Source: the human T2T-CHM13v2.0 reference genome, Homo sapiens. Taken from it: a DNA stretch of 64,000 nucleotides. The notes under the pieces are model-generated. The model saw only the letters and a program-made list of their open reading frames with translations, did not search any database and was not told the DNA's origin. The number at the start of each line of letters is the position of its first letter. The first letter of the stretch is position 1. The stretch lies in NCBI RefSeq assembly GCF_009914755.1, contig NC_060926.1, one strand, 5' to 3'. The position numbers and the translations under genes are program-made. Positions 12,955 to 27,278 of the stretch are shown in pieces.

Positions 12955-14144
12955 GTGAACAACACTAAAAACATTTTTCTCAATGCATATAGAACATTTT
13001 TCAGGATGGATTATACATTAGGCCACAAAAAAGTCTCAATAAATTTGAAAAGATTGAAATCATGTAAAGTATATTTTCCAATTATAGTAGAATAAAACTA
13101 CAAATCAATCACACAATGAATCTGGAAAATTCACAAATTTATAGGAATTAACTGGCACACTCTTAAACAAACAATAAGTCAAAGAAGAAATCACAAAATA
13201 ATTAGAAAATACCCAGAGGCAAATAAAAATAAAAACACAACAAAAACTTATAGGATGAGGTAAGGCAGAGATAAGAAGGAAATTTACAGCTGTAAATGCC
13301 TACACTGAAAAAGAAGAAAGATCTTAAATCAATAACCTAACTTTATACCTTAAGGAACTAGGGAAAAAGAAGCAAATGGAATCCAAAACTAACAGAAGAA
13401 AAAAATACTAGATAGTAGAGAGGAGAAAAATAAAATAGAAATAGAAAAACAACAGAGAAAATCAACAAAACCAAATATTGATTATTGGAAAATATTAACA
13501 AAGTTGACAAATCTTTACCTACATTGACTAAGGAAGAAAAGAGGGAAGACTCAAGCTACTAAAATCAGTAATCAAAGTGGGAATCTTACTACCAATTTTA
13601 TAGAAATAAAAATAATTATAAGAGAGTACTATGAACAATTGTACACTAACAAATTAGATAACCTAGACACATTCCTAGAAACACACAACCTAGCAAGACT
13701 TACTCAGGAAGAAGGAGAAAATATGAACAATTCAGTTAGCAAAGAGATTTAATCAGTACTCAAAAACCAGCCAACAAAGAAAAGCTGAGGACAAGATGGT
13801 TTCACAGGCTAAGTCTATCAAATATTTAAAAGGATTAATTAGTTAAATAGTCCTTCTCGATTATTATCTAACTCATACAAAAAGTTGTGGAAGAGAGAAT
13901 AATTCTTAACTCATTCTATAAGGCTAGCATTATCATGATGCTAAAACCAGACAAAGACACTACAAGAAAAGAAAACTATATACCGATATACCTTAAGAAT
14001 ATTGATACAAAAGAGCAAACCATACTTGTCAGTATATTAAGCAGCATGTTTAAAGGATTATACACCATGGCCAAATGTAATTTATTCCTAGAGTACAAGG
14101 ATGGTTCAACATACAAAAACCAACCAATGTCGTATACCACATTA
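12955..14144 (+). mobile_element. L1 ORF2 (endonuclease end to RT start); inverted continuation of the L1MB at 9790-11983
   Basis: ORF 13887-14201 (NSFYKASIIMMLKPDKDTTRKENY). Ends ataccacatta, which in the L1 consensus directly precedes atagaa at 11981. Confidence 0.88.
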
Positions 14145-14360
14145 CAGGTTGAGTGTTCCTTATTTGAAATGTTTGGAACCAGAAGTATTTTGAAATTTTA
14201 ATTTTTTTTGAATTTTGGAATATATGCCCTACATTTATGGGTCGAGATCCCAAATCTGAAGATCAAAAATTCAAATGTTCCAATGAACATTTTCTTTGAG
14301 TGTCATGTTGATGATAAAAAAATGGAGTTTTTAATTTTTGGATTTGTGATGCCCAACCTG
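14145..14360 (+). mobile_element. Tigger4a/MER46A DNA transposon (TcMar-Tigger MITE)
   Basis: Terminal inverted repeats CAGGTTGAG... and ...CCCAACCTG flanked by TA at 14143-14144 and 14361-14362. Confidence 0.85.
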
Positions 14361-15288
14361 TATCATGTAAACAGATGATGAAGGGTGAGAGCTAAGTTTG
14401 TTATTGTTAGCATAGGAGGTGTGGCAAAGGGCAAAAGCTAGAATAATTCATACAGTAATGGAGCATAATTGGAGACATGAGGATGAATTTGTGTTTATTT
14501 TAGTATACAGATGAAAACATTTAGAAATACTTGATGATATATATGTAAGTGGGTCAGTATACATATATTTTCTTGCTCTGATAACGAGAAGACCTAGAAG
14601 CAATGACATCCCAGTAGCAGTGAGCACACTCAGTGACCAGCTCTTGCTTTCTACCAGGAATCTTCAAAGAAAAGGATGATTCTAGGTTGGAGGCAGGAGA
14701 TACACCAGATGAGCCTGGGTCACCTTGTAGTGACAGAACGTAAGGAAATGCTTTTAAAAAATACAATGATGGGGGTATGTCAAAGGAACCCACAAGACAA
14801 TGGAAAAAGTTGTCAATGGCCAAAGGTGGAACAATCTGAGCAACAAAATAAATAACATAGTATTGGACTATGACCCAACATACAAAATAAATATCTAAGT
14901 ATCCATACTGATATAAATAAATGATTGAATAAATAAATGAATAAATGTGGAACAACAGGCAAATCTCTTACTCAGAAAAATTCCAATAATTTATGTAGAT
15001 ACTTCAGCTCAAGGAGAGGGAGTGAATATAAGTCTCCACGCTTTATGTATGGACTATGGTAGTGACTTCCTTCCAAAGAGTAACAACCATCTAGTAATGA
15101 GGAAGTAACCTTACAGTGGAGAATTCTCACAAATACTAACTCAGCCAGATGATCAAGATCAACATAAACAGTAAGTCATGTTGATAGTATTTATCCCTGA
15201 TATGATGTGATAAGAATAGCACTTTTGTGTTTTTCCTCCCAATTATCCAAAACTCAGTCTAATCATAAAAAAAAAATCAGACAAATTC

Positions 15289-15997
<709 letters not shown>

Positions 15998-18900
15998 TCC
16001 CAATTAAAGGACATTCTACAAAAGAGCAGACCAGTATTTTACAACACTGTCAAGGTCATCAAAAACAAGGAATGTGTGAGAAATTGTCACAGTCAAGAGG
16101 AGCCTAAGAAGACATGACAACTATTATTTCCGAATGAGATTCTGGAACAGAAAAAGACACTAGTTAAAAACCAAGGAGATGTAAAGAAAGTATGGACTTC
16201 AGTTAATAATCATATATCAAATTTGGTTCATTAATTGTGATAAATGTACCATATTAATGGGAGATATTAGTAATAAAGGAAGCTGGGTATGGGATAGATG
16301 AGAATTTTGCAACTTTTCTGTAAGCCTGAAACCATTATAATGTAAACTGTTTACTTAAATACATCTGTATGCATTTTGGGCACATACACAAAATATTCCA
16401 GATTTAAAGATGGAGGGAGGTGAAAACTAGCAGCAAGCATAAGAATCCCAGAATAAATAGAATTTCCCAGTATTTTGGCCTGTCCTCTTCCCCCTTTGTG
16501 CAGATCGGCCATCATTACCACCTGTCCATACTCACTATTTGTTACATGCCATAAACAGGCAGGCGGAATGGTCATTATTCCTTTATCCAGTCTGGTCCCC
16601 CTGAAATATCTGACTTTCATTTTAAATGCATCATCCCAGAGCATCTCAAGTGATTTTGACTGTAGATAAGGCAAACTGATGACACAGATGTGTGGCAGCT
16701 AGATGCCCTGATGGTGGGCTGGATACAATGGTGAATCCATAGTATGTGAAGGTGCTTGGGCCAGATCAACCCCAGAGGGGTCCAGAGGATGTTTCCTCTC
16801 CTTACAGAGAGGTGAAGGATTGATGTGGGCCTAGTCTTACTGCTTAATTTCACCAACTCCCCCAAAGGTGGGGGGACAGACACAGCTCATGGGAAGGCAG
16901 ATGGGCACAGGATGTTCAGTGTTTCCCCTAAATTCCAACAAGTCTCTTCTACTAAATCTGGGCCCCACGAGTGAGGCCCCCAGGATAGGTCTAAGATGCC
17001 ATAATTTCACCTGGTCTAAAGTGCATTTTCCCTTCAATCATCTCTTAATGTTTAGTAATGTAAAGGCACTAAGAGGAGATTTCTAAACATAAATGTTTCA
17101 CCATCAAAATTTTAGGAGAAATACAACAAATTCCAGTTCCTCTGGTGGAAGTTGATAACCCTGAGAAATAGCTTCAACTCTGCTTAAGCCATTCTCAAAC
17201 ACAATCTGCTCCTTCCTCCTCCGCTTCCTCCATATGTATCTCTATTATAGCACACTGTCCCTCAGACCATGCTCCTGGCATTCAGTGTCTTGAGGGCTCT
17301 GATTTATTCACTTTGGATTCCCACACCAGCTCTGAGAGAGTGGCTGCTGACTGTGAAGGCAGAGTGAGTTAAGTCCTGCTGCTTCTCAGGAGCTTGAGCC
17401 TGATGCTAAGGGATGAGAGTGCATTGATCATGACCCATGGGTTGTCAGACAGCACTACAAGGTGCAAATGGCTTGCACCAGATTGACTTATTCAGTGCAT
17501 ATGCTGTTTTTGGCATCCCTGATCCTGCAGCACAGAAATCTGCAGAGCATCTCATTTCAAGAGACACTGCTGCAGGATGAGGCCATATGACATTCCCAGG
17601 GAGAGGAGATCGCATCAAGCTACAGTGTGGGCTTATGAAAAGTCCCTTTTCTCCCCGGGCTTGACAGGAAGGCAGAGTTATTGCTAAATCAGACCGTAGA
17701 TCAGGAGGCTGACATTCCCAGTGTCAGCATCCTGAGGAATAATTCCTACTCTGTAGCCAAAGAAATGATTCTGTTAGCCTTTTCTTGGAGATGAGACATT
17801 TTTAAGGATTTGCCCAAATGCATGGCTGTGCCATTCTTGCCACTGTGCCCTTTGATTAGTTCGTACTCCTCCACCCCAGGTGGGACTCTCTCCTTCTATG
17901 AGTTATTAAGAAGAATGAAGCATTCAAGGTGTTTTGAAGCAAACTTTCTGTGTTATTACTGTCTCTGACGAGCAGCATTAACACAGAAAGCTTCCTTCCA
18001 AAAGAGAGACATCATCCCCCTCTCAGGTTGAAAGAAAACGTAGGGGCAAGGAAGGTTTTACTGTCATAAGCAGTATTATCTAACTGAATAGCTGCTCTCT
18101 TTGTATCCCCTGTGTGCCTCTACATAATCAATTTAGATTTATTAAATCAGATACAACAGTTTATGTCAATGCAAAGTGAACACATTATTTGGTTTTGAGG
18201 AGGCAAAGACCTTCCCTCCTGGAGTGTCATATCTCCTTTGACATTCCATTGCACTCTTTAAGAAGCAATGGGAAGGAATGTTATCGTAACACCAGGGGGG
18301 CTGTTTCAAAGTGGCGCCTGAAGATTTTGCTGTGCCATTTCCATTAACAGTGATGACAGGCATGTAACGAAGTCCCTGCTTTCTGTGCTGCAAATTTCCT
18401 GCGGAGCCTATGGTGGGAGTGGGAATTGCGGAGTGAGTCTGACATTTATCACATACAGGACAATGTCTCGGGTGTGAATCCCTATCGGTTAAAATAATTT
18501 CTAATGAAAGCAGAAAGGGATGATGGTCACCAGGCTGGAGCTTCCCATTCTGACCTTCAGGGATCTTCAGTCCAGAGCCAGTTTCTGTCTTTTAAGGAAA
18601 AAAAAAAAGAGAGAGAGAGAGAGAAAAGACCAATGCCTGGGGCTCTCTTCCTGGGCTTTTTGGGGTCTCTACTGAAGGAAGCCTGAGAACAGCAGGGAGG
18701 GTGAGGATTCCCAGGAACCTGCCCATCACAGCTAATGCTTCCGGAGACAGGAGCCTGTCTGACCAGGAGAGGAGGTGACCACCCACTGCAGTCCTTTGCA
18801 ACCTTCTCATGTACCTATTGCCACCAGTGAGCCAGCCACATGCTCATCACAGGTGTTTCCTGTGTCCCCTCCCATGGTCTCCATTCTGTAATGAGTTCTC

Positions 18901-19924
18901 CCTCCTCTCTCGACCCCCATACTAAGTCAAAAGGTCTCTGCTTTCATAGTCCTTCTTTTCTTTTCCCTCTAGACCTGGCTAGAAAATGCTTTCCCTTTTT
19001 TACAGATTTGCAAAAAAGCAGTGAAAGCAATCCTAGCTAGCTATTACTTTTTAAGGAGTGGAATTATCAATTTCACTAAAAGAACACATTTTACTGCCAA
19101 AATACCCTGAGGTCCAGAGCCAAGCCCCAGCTCGGGACCTACGGAGTTGGGCTGGTGCCTGGGCCTCCCTGTGGACTGCCCTTTCTAACATCCAGGAGGT
19201 GCTCTGTGAAAGCGGCCACCATGTTGGACTTCACCCTGGAAGGAAGGCCAAGTCTCTGCTCAAAGATGCCAAACATTGCTGGGGTTCTGCTATTTCACTT
19301 CTCTGCCTCCAAGTCCTGACCTTTTGTGGGGACAAGTTCCCCTTTTCAAATACCCCCCTCCACTCTCCATCATTTCTCTTTCTCCACCTCCCCCAGTCTA
19401 GGCATGTTTATCTCTTTTCACCTAAGGAAACTGCTCTGCAAGTATTTTACAGACATGTGTAGGATGGACTTAATGTCCTGAGTCCTCAAATCTTCAAAGT
19501 TAACTTTGCAAATTGCCATTGCAAATCCTTGATTTCAAAAGGATTTATTTATCTCTGACCTGAAGAAAGCAAGTTGCCATCTCCAGTGCTGAAGTTTTCA
19601 TCCAGGAAACACTGTGCATCTCATGGAACAAGGGAGAGCTCGGTCCAGGAGCAGCTGGACTGTTTGTAGAGACCCTGACTGAACAGGAGGAGACACAATA
19701 GAGTGTCAGCAACTGAAAAGTGCTGGAGCTCTCAGGCGCTGTGCTGTCCCTTTGTTTAAAAGTCACAGCCACTGTCTTGTGACCCCATTCTTTGGCAAGG
19801 CCAAGACTTCCCCAGATTTCCCCAGACCTTCCCCAAGGAAGGGACAGTTTGACCAGCCATCACTCTTCTGCATTCCTCTTTATTTCATTTGCACGTGGCT
19901 TTCTCAATATAATATCATTACCAT

Positions 19925-20220
19925 TGTGATGGTTTAAAACATGGCTCCAAAACCCTTTGACATTCTTCTCCCCTTGAATCTGGGCTTGGTGACTGCCTGA
20001 TCAGTATTATGCAGAAGTCATGCTGAGCCAAGATCCAGGTCCAGCCCTTAGGAAACCGGCAGCTCCCACTCCTGCCCCAGGAGGTTCACTCTTGAACCCA
20101 GGTACCATGTCATGGGGATGCACAAGGCACTCCATGGTGGATGGAGTTGACGGTCAGCACCCACTTGCCAGACGTGGGAATGAGCTACCGTGGGAATGGA
20201 TCCAGTGGAGCCACCCCACC
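19925..20220 (+). mobile_element. MLT1 (F/G-like) MaLR LTR, 3' truncated
   Basis: tgtgatggttt...ccccttgaatctgggc...gtgactg...gcagaagtcatgctg. Confidence 0.6.
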
Positions 20221-20430
20221 TAATTAGTGCTTGATTAAGGTTGGGTGGGTGAGGGCTGGGGGTAGAATGCTAATTGGTAGGGGATTTTTCTGAGGGAAAT
20301 GAAAATGCTGTAAACTTAGATTGTGGTGATGGTTGCACAGTTCTATGAATGTACTGAAAGAATTGCATCATACATTTTAAATTGGTGGCTTATATCTCAA
20401 CAGGGCAATTAAAATTAAAACATATATATT
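20221..20430 (+). mobile_element. L1MB/ME 3' end fragment
   Basis: gaaaatgctgtaaacttagattgtggtgatggttgcaca motif. Confidence 0.7.
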
Positions 20431-21369
20431 TTTAAAAGGAAGAAGAAAAGAGTGAACCAAATCTTAACAATTGTTAAATTGTGGTAGTAGGACCAGAGAC
20501 AGCTTTTCCTATTTTCTAAAATGAACATCTCCTACTTTTATAATGGGGAATGCTTTTCTTCCAAAGAGAATCCATTTTTACTGTACTCAAAAATCTGAAT
20601 ACCTTTTAAAGTAATCTACATGGTAAAAACATATCTAAGCCTGTGTATTTAAAGACATCAAATAAATATGTATATTAAATATGCACATGTATAATATTTT
20701 TTAATCAAACTAGGAGCCATCCCAGAATGCTCCTTAAAAACAAACAATCAAAAAGCCATACTCCCGAGCAAAGTATACACACTCCTAGAAGAGTTGTTGC
20801 TTGTAGGTTAACAAGGGTGAATCCCAGTGCCATATGAGGATTCCTGCCTTGTCATGAACCACTGAGAGTTATGGGTGGCTTTTGTCATCTCCACTGCCCC
20901 AGCAATCTTTCATCAATTACAAACGTGATGGAGAAACTGATGTTCCCAGGCTTATGCCAATCCCCTGCCTAACTTGGTGCAAGTACAAGTCTGGGGAAGA
21001 AACTGTCCCAGTGCAGGGTTGGCCCATGGAGACAGCAACACCAGGACCACCATGAAATTACCACGTCCTGGAGGATGCCTTTGCCTGAAGAGTCTGCTGT
21101 TGCGTGGTCGCAGCATCTGCCCAGGCCGACGGAGACACACTGGGCCTCTCTGTCCCCAAACCTGAACTTGCCCTTCTAGGGTTCTGTCCTCTAAGGAAGG
21201 AGTGCTCTCAGGTCTAGCACACTCAAGGACAGACTTACCCAGGCTGTCATTGTTCTGGGTGCAAAAGGACAAATGTGCTTCTCACCTCGCCTTGGTTACA
21301 TCTTTGCATGTCAGGCCACAGCAGTGACCTCCAGGGAACAATTTCCTGCGGAGTAACTTGTTACTGAGT

Positions 21370-21600
21370 GCTGAGGAGGCCAACATTCCTGCCTCACTCC
21401 TCTGCTATACTTTAGCCAGAATAACCTTTCCCATTCTAGTCCATGGCATTCTAGATCCCACCAAGTGCTTTTGAGTAAATCACTACTTCTATCTTGAAGG
21501 TCTTTCCTCCTCTTTTCCACTGGGCACACTCTTCCTTCAAAATCTTGTTTGGCCAATAATTCCTCTATGAAGACTCTCGGCATTTTTTCTCCAGATCACA
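21370..21600 (+). mobile_element. L2 relic
   Basis: Pyrimidine-rich degenerate L2 3' region. Confidence 0.4.
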
Positions 21601-22740
21601 TCTCCCAGATGAAGGAGTTGCCCCTCAAGGCATCTCCCAATGTAGATGTGCTCGGACCATACTCCAAAACTCTAACACCTGCCCCAGCATGAAACTGCAA
21701 CACTTCCTACTTTCATTGCCTGCACCGTCACACATGATGCAGTCACTATAATGATCTGTGATAGGCACTGGGCCACATGCCCACCATGTGTAGGGCTCCC
21801 TGCTAGGGACTCATTTTAGAAAGTGGGAACCGAAAACAGTGTAACTCCCAGCCCCCATCTAAACTCTGCTGAGCATCCTTCCCTGTTCCTCTGTTAAAAA
21901 AATCATGCTAAAAAAAACAAGCAGAAGTCACTCAGCAGCTTGCTCCAGGAAATACTGACTCCTGGGAGGTAGGACTGTCAGCCGGCTGTCAACCAGGCTC
22001 ACTGCAGGCCCTCCACTTGCCATCATTTCAAAGCCACTCTCCTTCACTCTGTCTGATGCCAATCAGCCCCAACCTGAGTCCTCCCCCATTTTCCTCTTTC
22101 TGCTCAGACTTAGTTAAGGGAGTGCTCTCCCTTATTTCAACTAGGTTTAACAAATTAGCTGTACCTGATCAATAGTTTTTCCAGAAGTCTTTTAAGAGGA
22201 TAATATGCAAAAAATGTTCAGAATCCTGTCCACCGTCAAATAGCTGTTAAGGGGCAGAGCTGAGCGCTGTCAAGCTCATGTCTGTCTGATGCAGCGGCAA
22301 TAACCTTTCTTTTAAATGGACATGAGTGTCCCTTTGTGTGTTTAATGGCACATGCATGTGCTCCACTGATCTACATGGCCCTGGAAGACCACAGCAGCAT
22401 CCCCAGAGCAAAGTCGCACTACAGCGTGTTCTTCCTGAGTGTGTGCAGGTGACAGCAGTGTGAAAATCAGCCTAAGAGTCCTGGGACTTCTGCCCCTTGT
22501 CAAATGATCAAAAATACCTCTAACCTATTAGTTGTTAGCAAAATAACCCAACTAATATCTTGAGCTCTTGTAATACTAGGGAGGAGGATGAACACGAGGA
22601 TCCTGGAGGTACCAGGTCCATCCAGCCCCTGCTCCTCAGGAGGTCACTGAGAGTTGAAACAGGAAAACTGATAGAAAGGAAAAGTTCCATAAGAGTGCCA
22701 GACAAGGTATGGTAGTAATTAAACGTGTGGGTTCAGCTGA

Positions 22741-23082
<342 letters not shown>

Positions 23083-24081
23083 CCTTGCCATTTATTTATT
23101 TACCAGGTGATTTCAAATGCCTGTCTGTGACCTTTCTGAGATTGAGACTGCATTCTTGCCTGCAATACAGAGGTAATGACAGTGCGTATCTCACAGAGTT
23201 GCTGTGGAAATAAAATCTGGGAACTGATATGATATTCCCAGCACCACACATGACAGAGGGTCGAGGTATGTGATCACATGCAATAAACAGAAGGTTTATG
23301 TAAGAACAGTCAAGCAGGAAAGACTGCTAAGAAGTCCCACCCAAGTGAGCCTTTGAGTGCTTGCTGCTCCACGAGCGAGCATCTGTTAACAAAGAAGACA
23401 GCCCTGCTGTTGATGGTGTTGATGAGAAGAGCTCCTTTTGTGGAGGGTGGAGCTGGCCGTGTGGGAAGCCCTGGTGGTGGGCCAGGCAGGTAAGGGTGGA
23501 CAACGGAGATGGGGAGGGAGAGTCATCAGGAGTCCTCTGGGTAGTCCAGAGAGTGGGTGAGGAAGGCAGGGAGGATGGAATGGAAGGCCACTGAGCGGCA
23601 GGAGTCTCCCTATAGCCACAATTGCTTCAGTAAGTTCTACCAAACTCAGGGGTGCTCTGTGACAGTGGAGAGGCTCTCATGGAAGCCTGTCTATAGCAGC
23701 CTCCTCCCCCATGGGCTGTCCCTCCCTGATGTCATGCTCGGCCTAAGTCAAGGGCCTTCTACAAACTCAGGCCCTTTCATTCTTCCCATACAGAGCCATT
23801 TTGTTTCCCAGGGTTTTGAGCAAACATTTAATAGCTCCATTCTTTGTTCATTGTTCTTCAAAGATAGAGAATGAAAAACCCCTGCTCTGTGGACCCTCCA
23901 GGCCTGGCTCCATTCAGTCAAAACAGCGTACGGCTGTCTCCAGGGCCAGGTGCTGGAATGCACAGTGAATTAGGCCATGTGTGCCTTTGCTCATGGGCCT
24001 AAGAGGTTAATAGATGGAGGCCGCTTAAAATGCACAAGATAGAGCCATCATTCTCTGAGGGGTGGTGTTTTGTGTTAGAAA

Positions 24082-24700
24082 CAGGCCTCCTGACATTTGT
24101 AGGGTTCAGGGCAAGAACACAAATGGAGGTGCAGGAACCATATGTCCAAATAGTTTAAAATGCTAAGTCAAGTTAATAAATTGCTGAGCAATTTATGTTC
24201 TACCTTTCGTCTTTAATGAGTATTCCTTCATAACAACCGGGAAGATGAGATTCAAATTTAAAATTCTTGGACTCCTCAGAGATCTGAGCCAGAAGAGAGC
24301 AGCAGGGTGAGCACCAGCTATAGATCCTGTCTGCCCTGAGGCTTAACTTGACTGGTCCTCTCCCCACACCAGCACTGTCCTACTCCATGGGGCTGGGCTC
24401 ATGCAGGGCAGACACTTGAATCTGCCTGTCCAAGCTCCACCCCACCCTCTGCATCACTTAACTCCTGCCCCAGTCAGGGATCAGGCACACACTTGCACAC
24501 TTTGGTGTCAGAGGCAACCTTCAGGAGGGCAGGCCCAAGCAAGAGGCTCACCTAGGTCAGGAAAGGAGTCTATATCTAGAAGGAAGGATATCTTTATTCC
24601 AAGCAGACAAATTTCTTTGGCCGACAGGCTCCTTGTACCATAGGAAGGGCACAGATGGCACAAGGTCAGTGTGCGATCCCCTTCCAAAGGAATGCAAGAG
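24082..24700 (+). mobile_element. MER115-like hAT-Tip100 DNA transposon relic
   Basis: cagggcaagaacacaaatggagg...accatatgtccaaata...aaattcttggactcctc matches recalled MER115 consensus. Confidence 0.55.
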
Positions 24701-24774
24701 GCTCACATGACACAGGTCTATAGGCAAGACTCAGAAAAATTATGGATTTTAAGCAGACAAAAGCATACACTACA

Positions 24775-25984
24775 GAAAAGACACCCCACTGAACACATGG
24801 TGCTGGGAAAACTGGATAGCCACATGCAGAAGAATGAAACTGCATCACTACCTCTCACCATATACAAATGTCAACTCAAGATGGCTTAAAGACTCAATGT
24901 AAGACCTGAAGCCATAAAAATCCTAAAAGAAAATCTAGGAAAAACACTTTTGGACATTGGCCTGTGTATGCAAAGAATTTATGACTAATACCCAAAAAGC
25001 AAATGCAACAACAACAAAATAAATGAGACGATTAAGCTAAAACGTTTTGCACAGCAAAAGAAATACTCAACAGAGTAAATAGACAACCTATAGAATGGGA
25101 GCAAATATTCAAAAATTGTATGTCTGACAAAGGATTTATATCCAGAATCTATAAGGAAGTCAAACAAATCAGCAAGAAAAAAACGAATAATCACAATCAA
25201 CGTGAGCATACCTTTTTGAAAAGTAGATATACAAGTGAACGACAGTAGTATGAAAAAATTGCTCAGCATCACTAATCATCAGGGAAATGCAAATTAAAAC
25301 AAAGTTAAATATCACCTTACCCCAGTCAGAATGGCCTTATTAAAAAGTCAAAAAACAGTAGATGTTGGCATGGATGTGGTGAAAAGGGAATGCTTATACA
25401 CTGTTGGTGGGAATGTAAACTAGTACAACCTCTATGGAAAACAGTGTGGAGATTTTTCAAAGAACTGAAAGTAGAACTACCATTGGATCCAGCAATCCCA
25501 CTACTCGGTACCCACCCAAAGGAAAAGAAGCTATCATATCAAAGAGACACCTGGACTTGTATGTTTATTGCAGCACAATTCACAATTGCAGATGAGAAGA
25601 TAAAGAAAATGTGTGTGTGTGTGTATTACACACACACAATGGAATACTACTCAGTCACAAAAAAGAACAAAATAATGTTTTGTGTGGCAACTTGGATGGA
25701 ACCAGAGACCATTATCCTAAGTGAAGTAACTGAGGAACAGAAACCAATTACTGCATGTTCTTGCTTGTAAGGGGGAGCTAACCTATAGGTATGCAATCGC
25801 ATACAGAGTGGTATAATGGACATTGGAGATTCAAAGGGGGGAGTGTGGGAGGGGGACAAGGAACACAAAATGACCTATTTGATACAATAAACACTCTTCA
25901 GGTGACAGGTACACCAAAAGCCCAGACTTTACCACTATACAATTCAATTTAGCTTGTACCCCTAATGCTATTGAAATTTTAAAA
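24775..25984 (+). mobile_element. L1PB3/4-like 3' end
   Basis: ORF 25390-25770 ([19 protein letters not shown]...DPAIPLLG), the ORF2 C-terminus; 3' UTR ccaaaagcccagactttaccactatac. Confidence 0.9.
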
Positions 25985-27039
25985 CATTTCTAGAGTTTTC
26001 GGCATCCATTTGAGTTTGTGCAGTGTGAATGCCTGCTCAGTCCAAATGAGCTTTGAGAGCAAAAGCCTTGATCTCTTGGAGACTCGATGTTCTCCCTTGG
26101 GAGATGACAACAGTGGCTGGTGGTTTCTGCTTAGTGGGCTGAGGGGAGCATTTCCAGGAGTGGGATGTCTAAGCCAGGACTTAAAGGAAGGGAAGTGCAC
26201 ACAGATCCTCACAGCAAGGGTGCAGGTGCTAAAGCAGGAGGTGTGTTCTGGAGCCCCTAGTGGGTTGGCAAAGCTGCCTGTGCACTCAGGGCCTGCGGAA
26301 GAGATGGAAAGCTGCACCCTAAGTGGGAGGAAAATGCAGACCATCCCTACAGATGCTTGGACTCCTCTTTCCATGGCCACATCCAGAACCACTCCTTCTG
26401 TGACCTGCTGCTCAGGCCCCAGCTAAGTGACATAATGCACATTCAGGTCTGCTTGAGGAGGGCCACATGTGATCTAGTTCACAACTATTAGGACTTGGGG
26501 ACCCCAGTCCAGGTCCTTTTCACTGTGCCACCAACTCCCTTCTCCCAGCTGCCTCCCAGTCTTGATGCTGGGACACTCCTCAGAACATCAGAAATCTCTG
26601 TTCCTCCCCAGACAATTCAAGACTCTGCCTGGTTTTATGTTGACTTTCTTTCAGTATCTTCCAATGCTGATTGTTCCCCATAATTCTAAAATGCCATCAA
26701 TTCTATTTCTCATGCCAAATGGTTCTGCTTGGAATAATAATACTCTTTAAGTGCCCGTGGGGGACATTAAGACTATAAGAACAGATTTCATTAAAAGCTT
26801 CATTCACCTGAGCTGAAATGAAACCAAGCTGACAACTAAGCCAGCTAATTCTAGTTCAATCTAGTTTTGTGGAAACGTCACTTGTGCTTTCCTGACTTGG
26901 GCAGCGAGTTCAGACAGATGGTAGGCTGAGCTAGCGACAAAATACTCCTGCAAGTACTGATGGTTTCCACAGAGCAGGGGTCCCCGCAATGCCCTGGATA
27001 CTTGCAGAGATGCTAAGCTTGTAAAGGAACTTGCCCTAC

Positions 27040-27230
27040 CATAGGCAGAGGGTTTGATCATCAGAACACACTTGCAGGATATACAGACCAGAGACCATGT
27101 TTGTCCACCCGCTGTACAGATGGGAAAGCTAAGCAAAAAGTGATTCATTGAGTGGCCTAAGGTCACATGACCCGCATGCAGCATGGGGTCAACTCAGAGC
27201 CATGTTCTGACAGTCAGTGTGCTTTGCGGC
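27040..27230 (-). mobile_element. MIR relic
   Basis: tacagatgggaaagctaag...gagtggcctaaggtcacatg core. Confidence 0.55.
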
Positions 27231-27278
27231 CATTCCTTTTGTTTCCTTTTGGGGGTGTGGGGAGAACTGGTAGTAGTG

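Noticed and set aside
21790-22200. Inverted similarity with 6200-6630
   Set aside because: Loose similarity best explained by two independent ancient LTR relics of one family.
25610-25640. (TG)n-(CA)n hairpin (similar one at 9773-9800)
   Set aside because: Simple microsatellite fold-backs, common in L1 3' regions.
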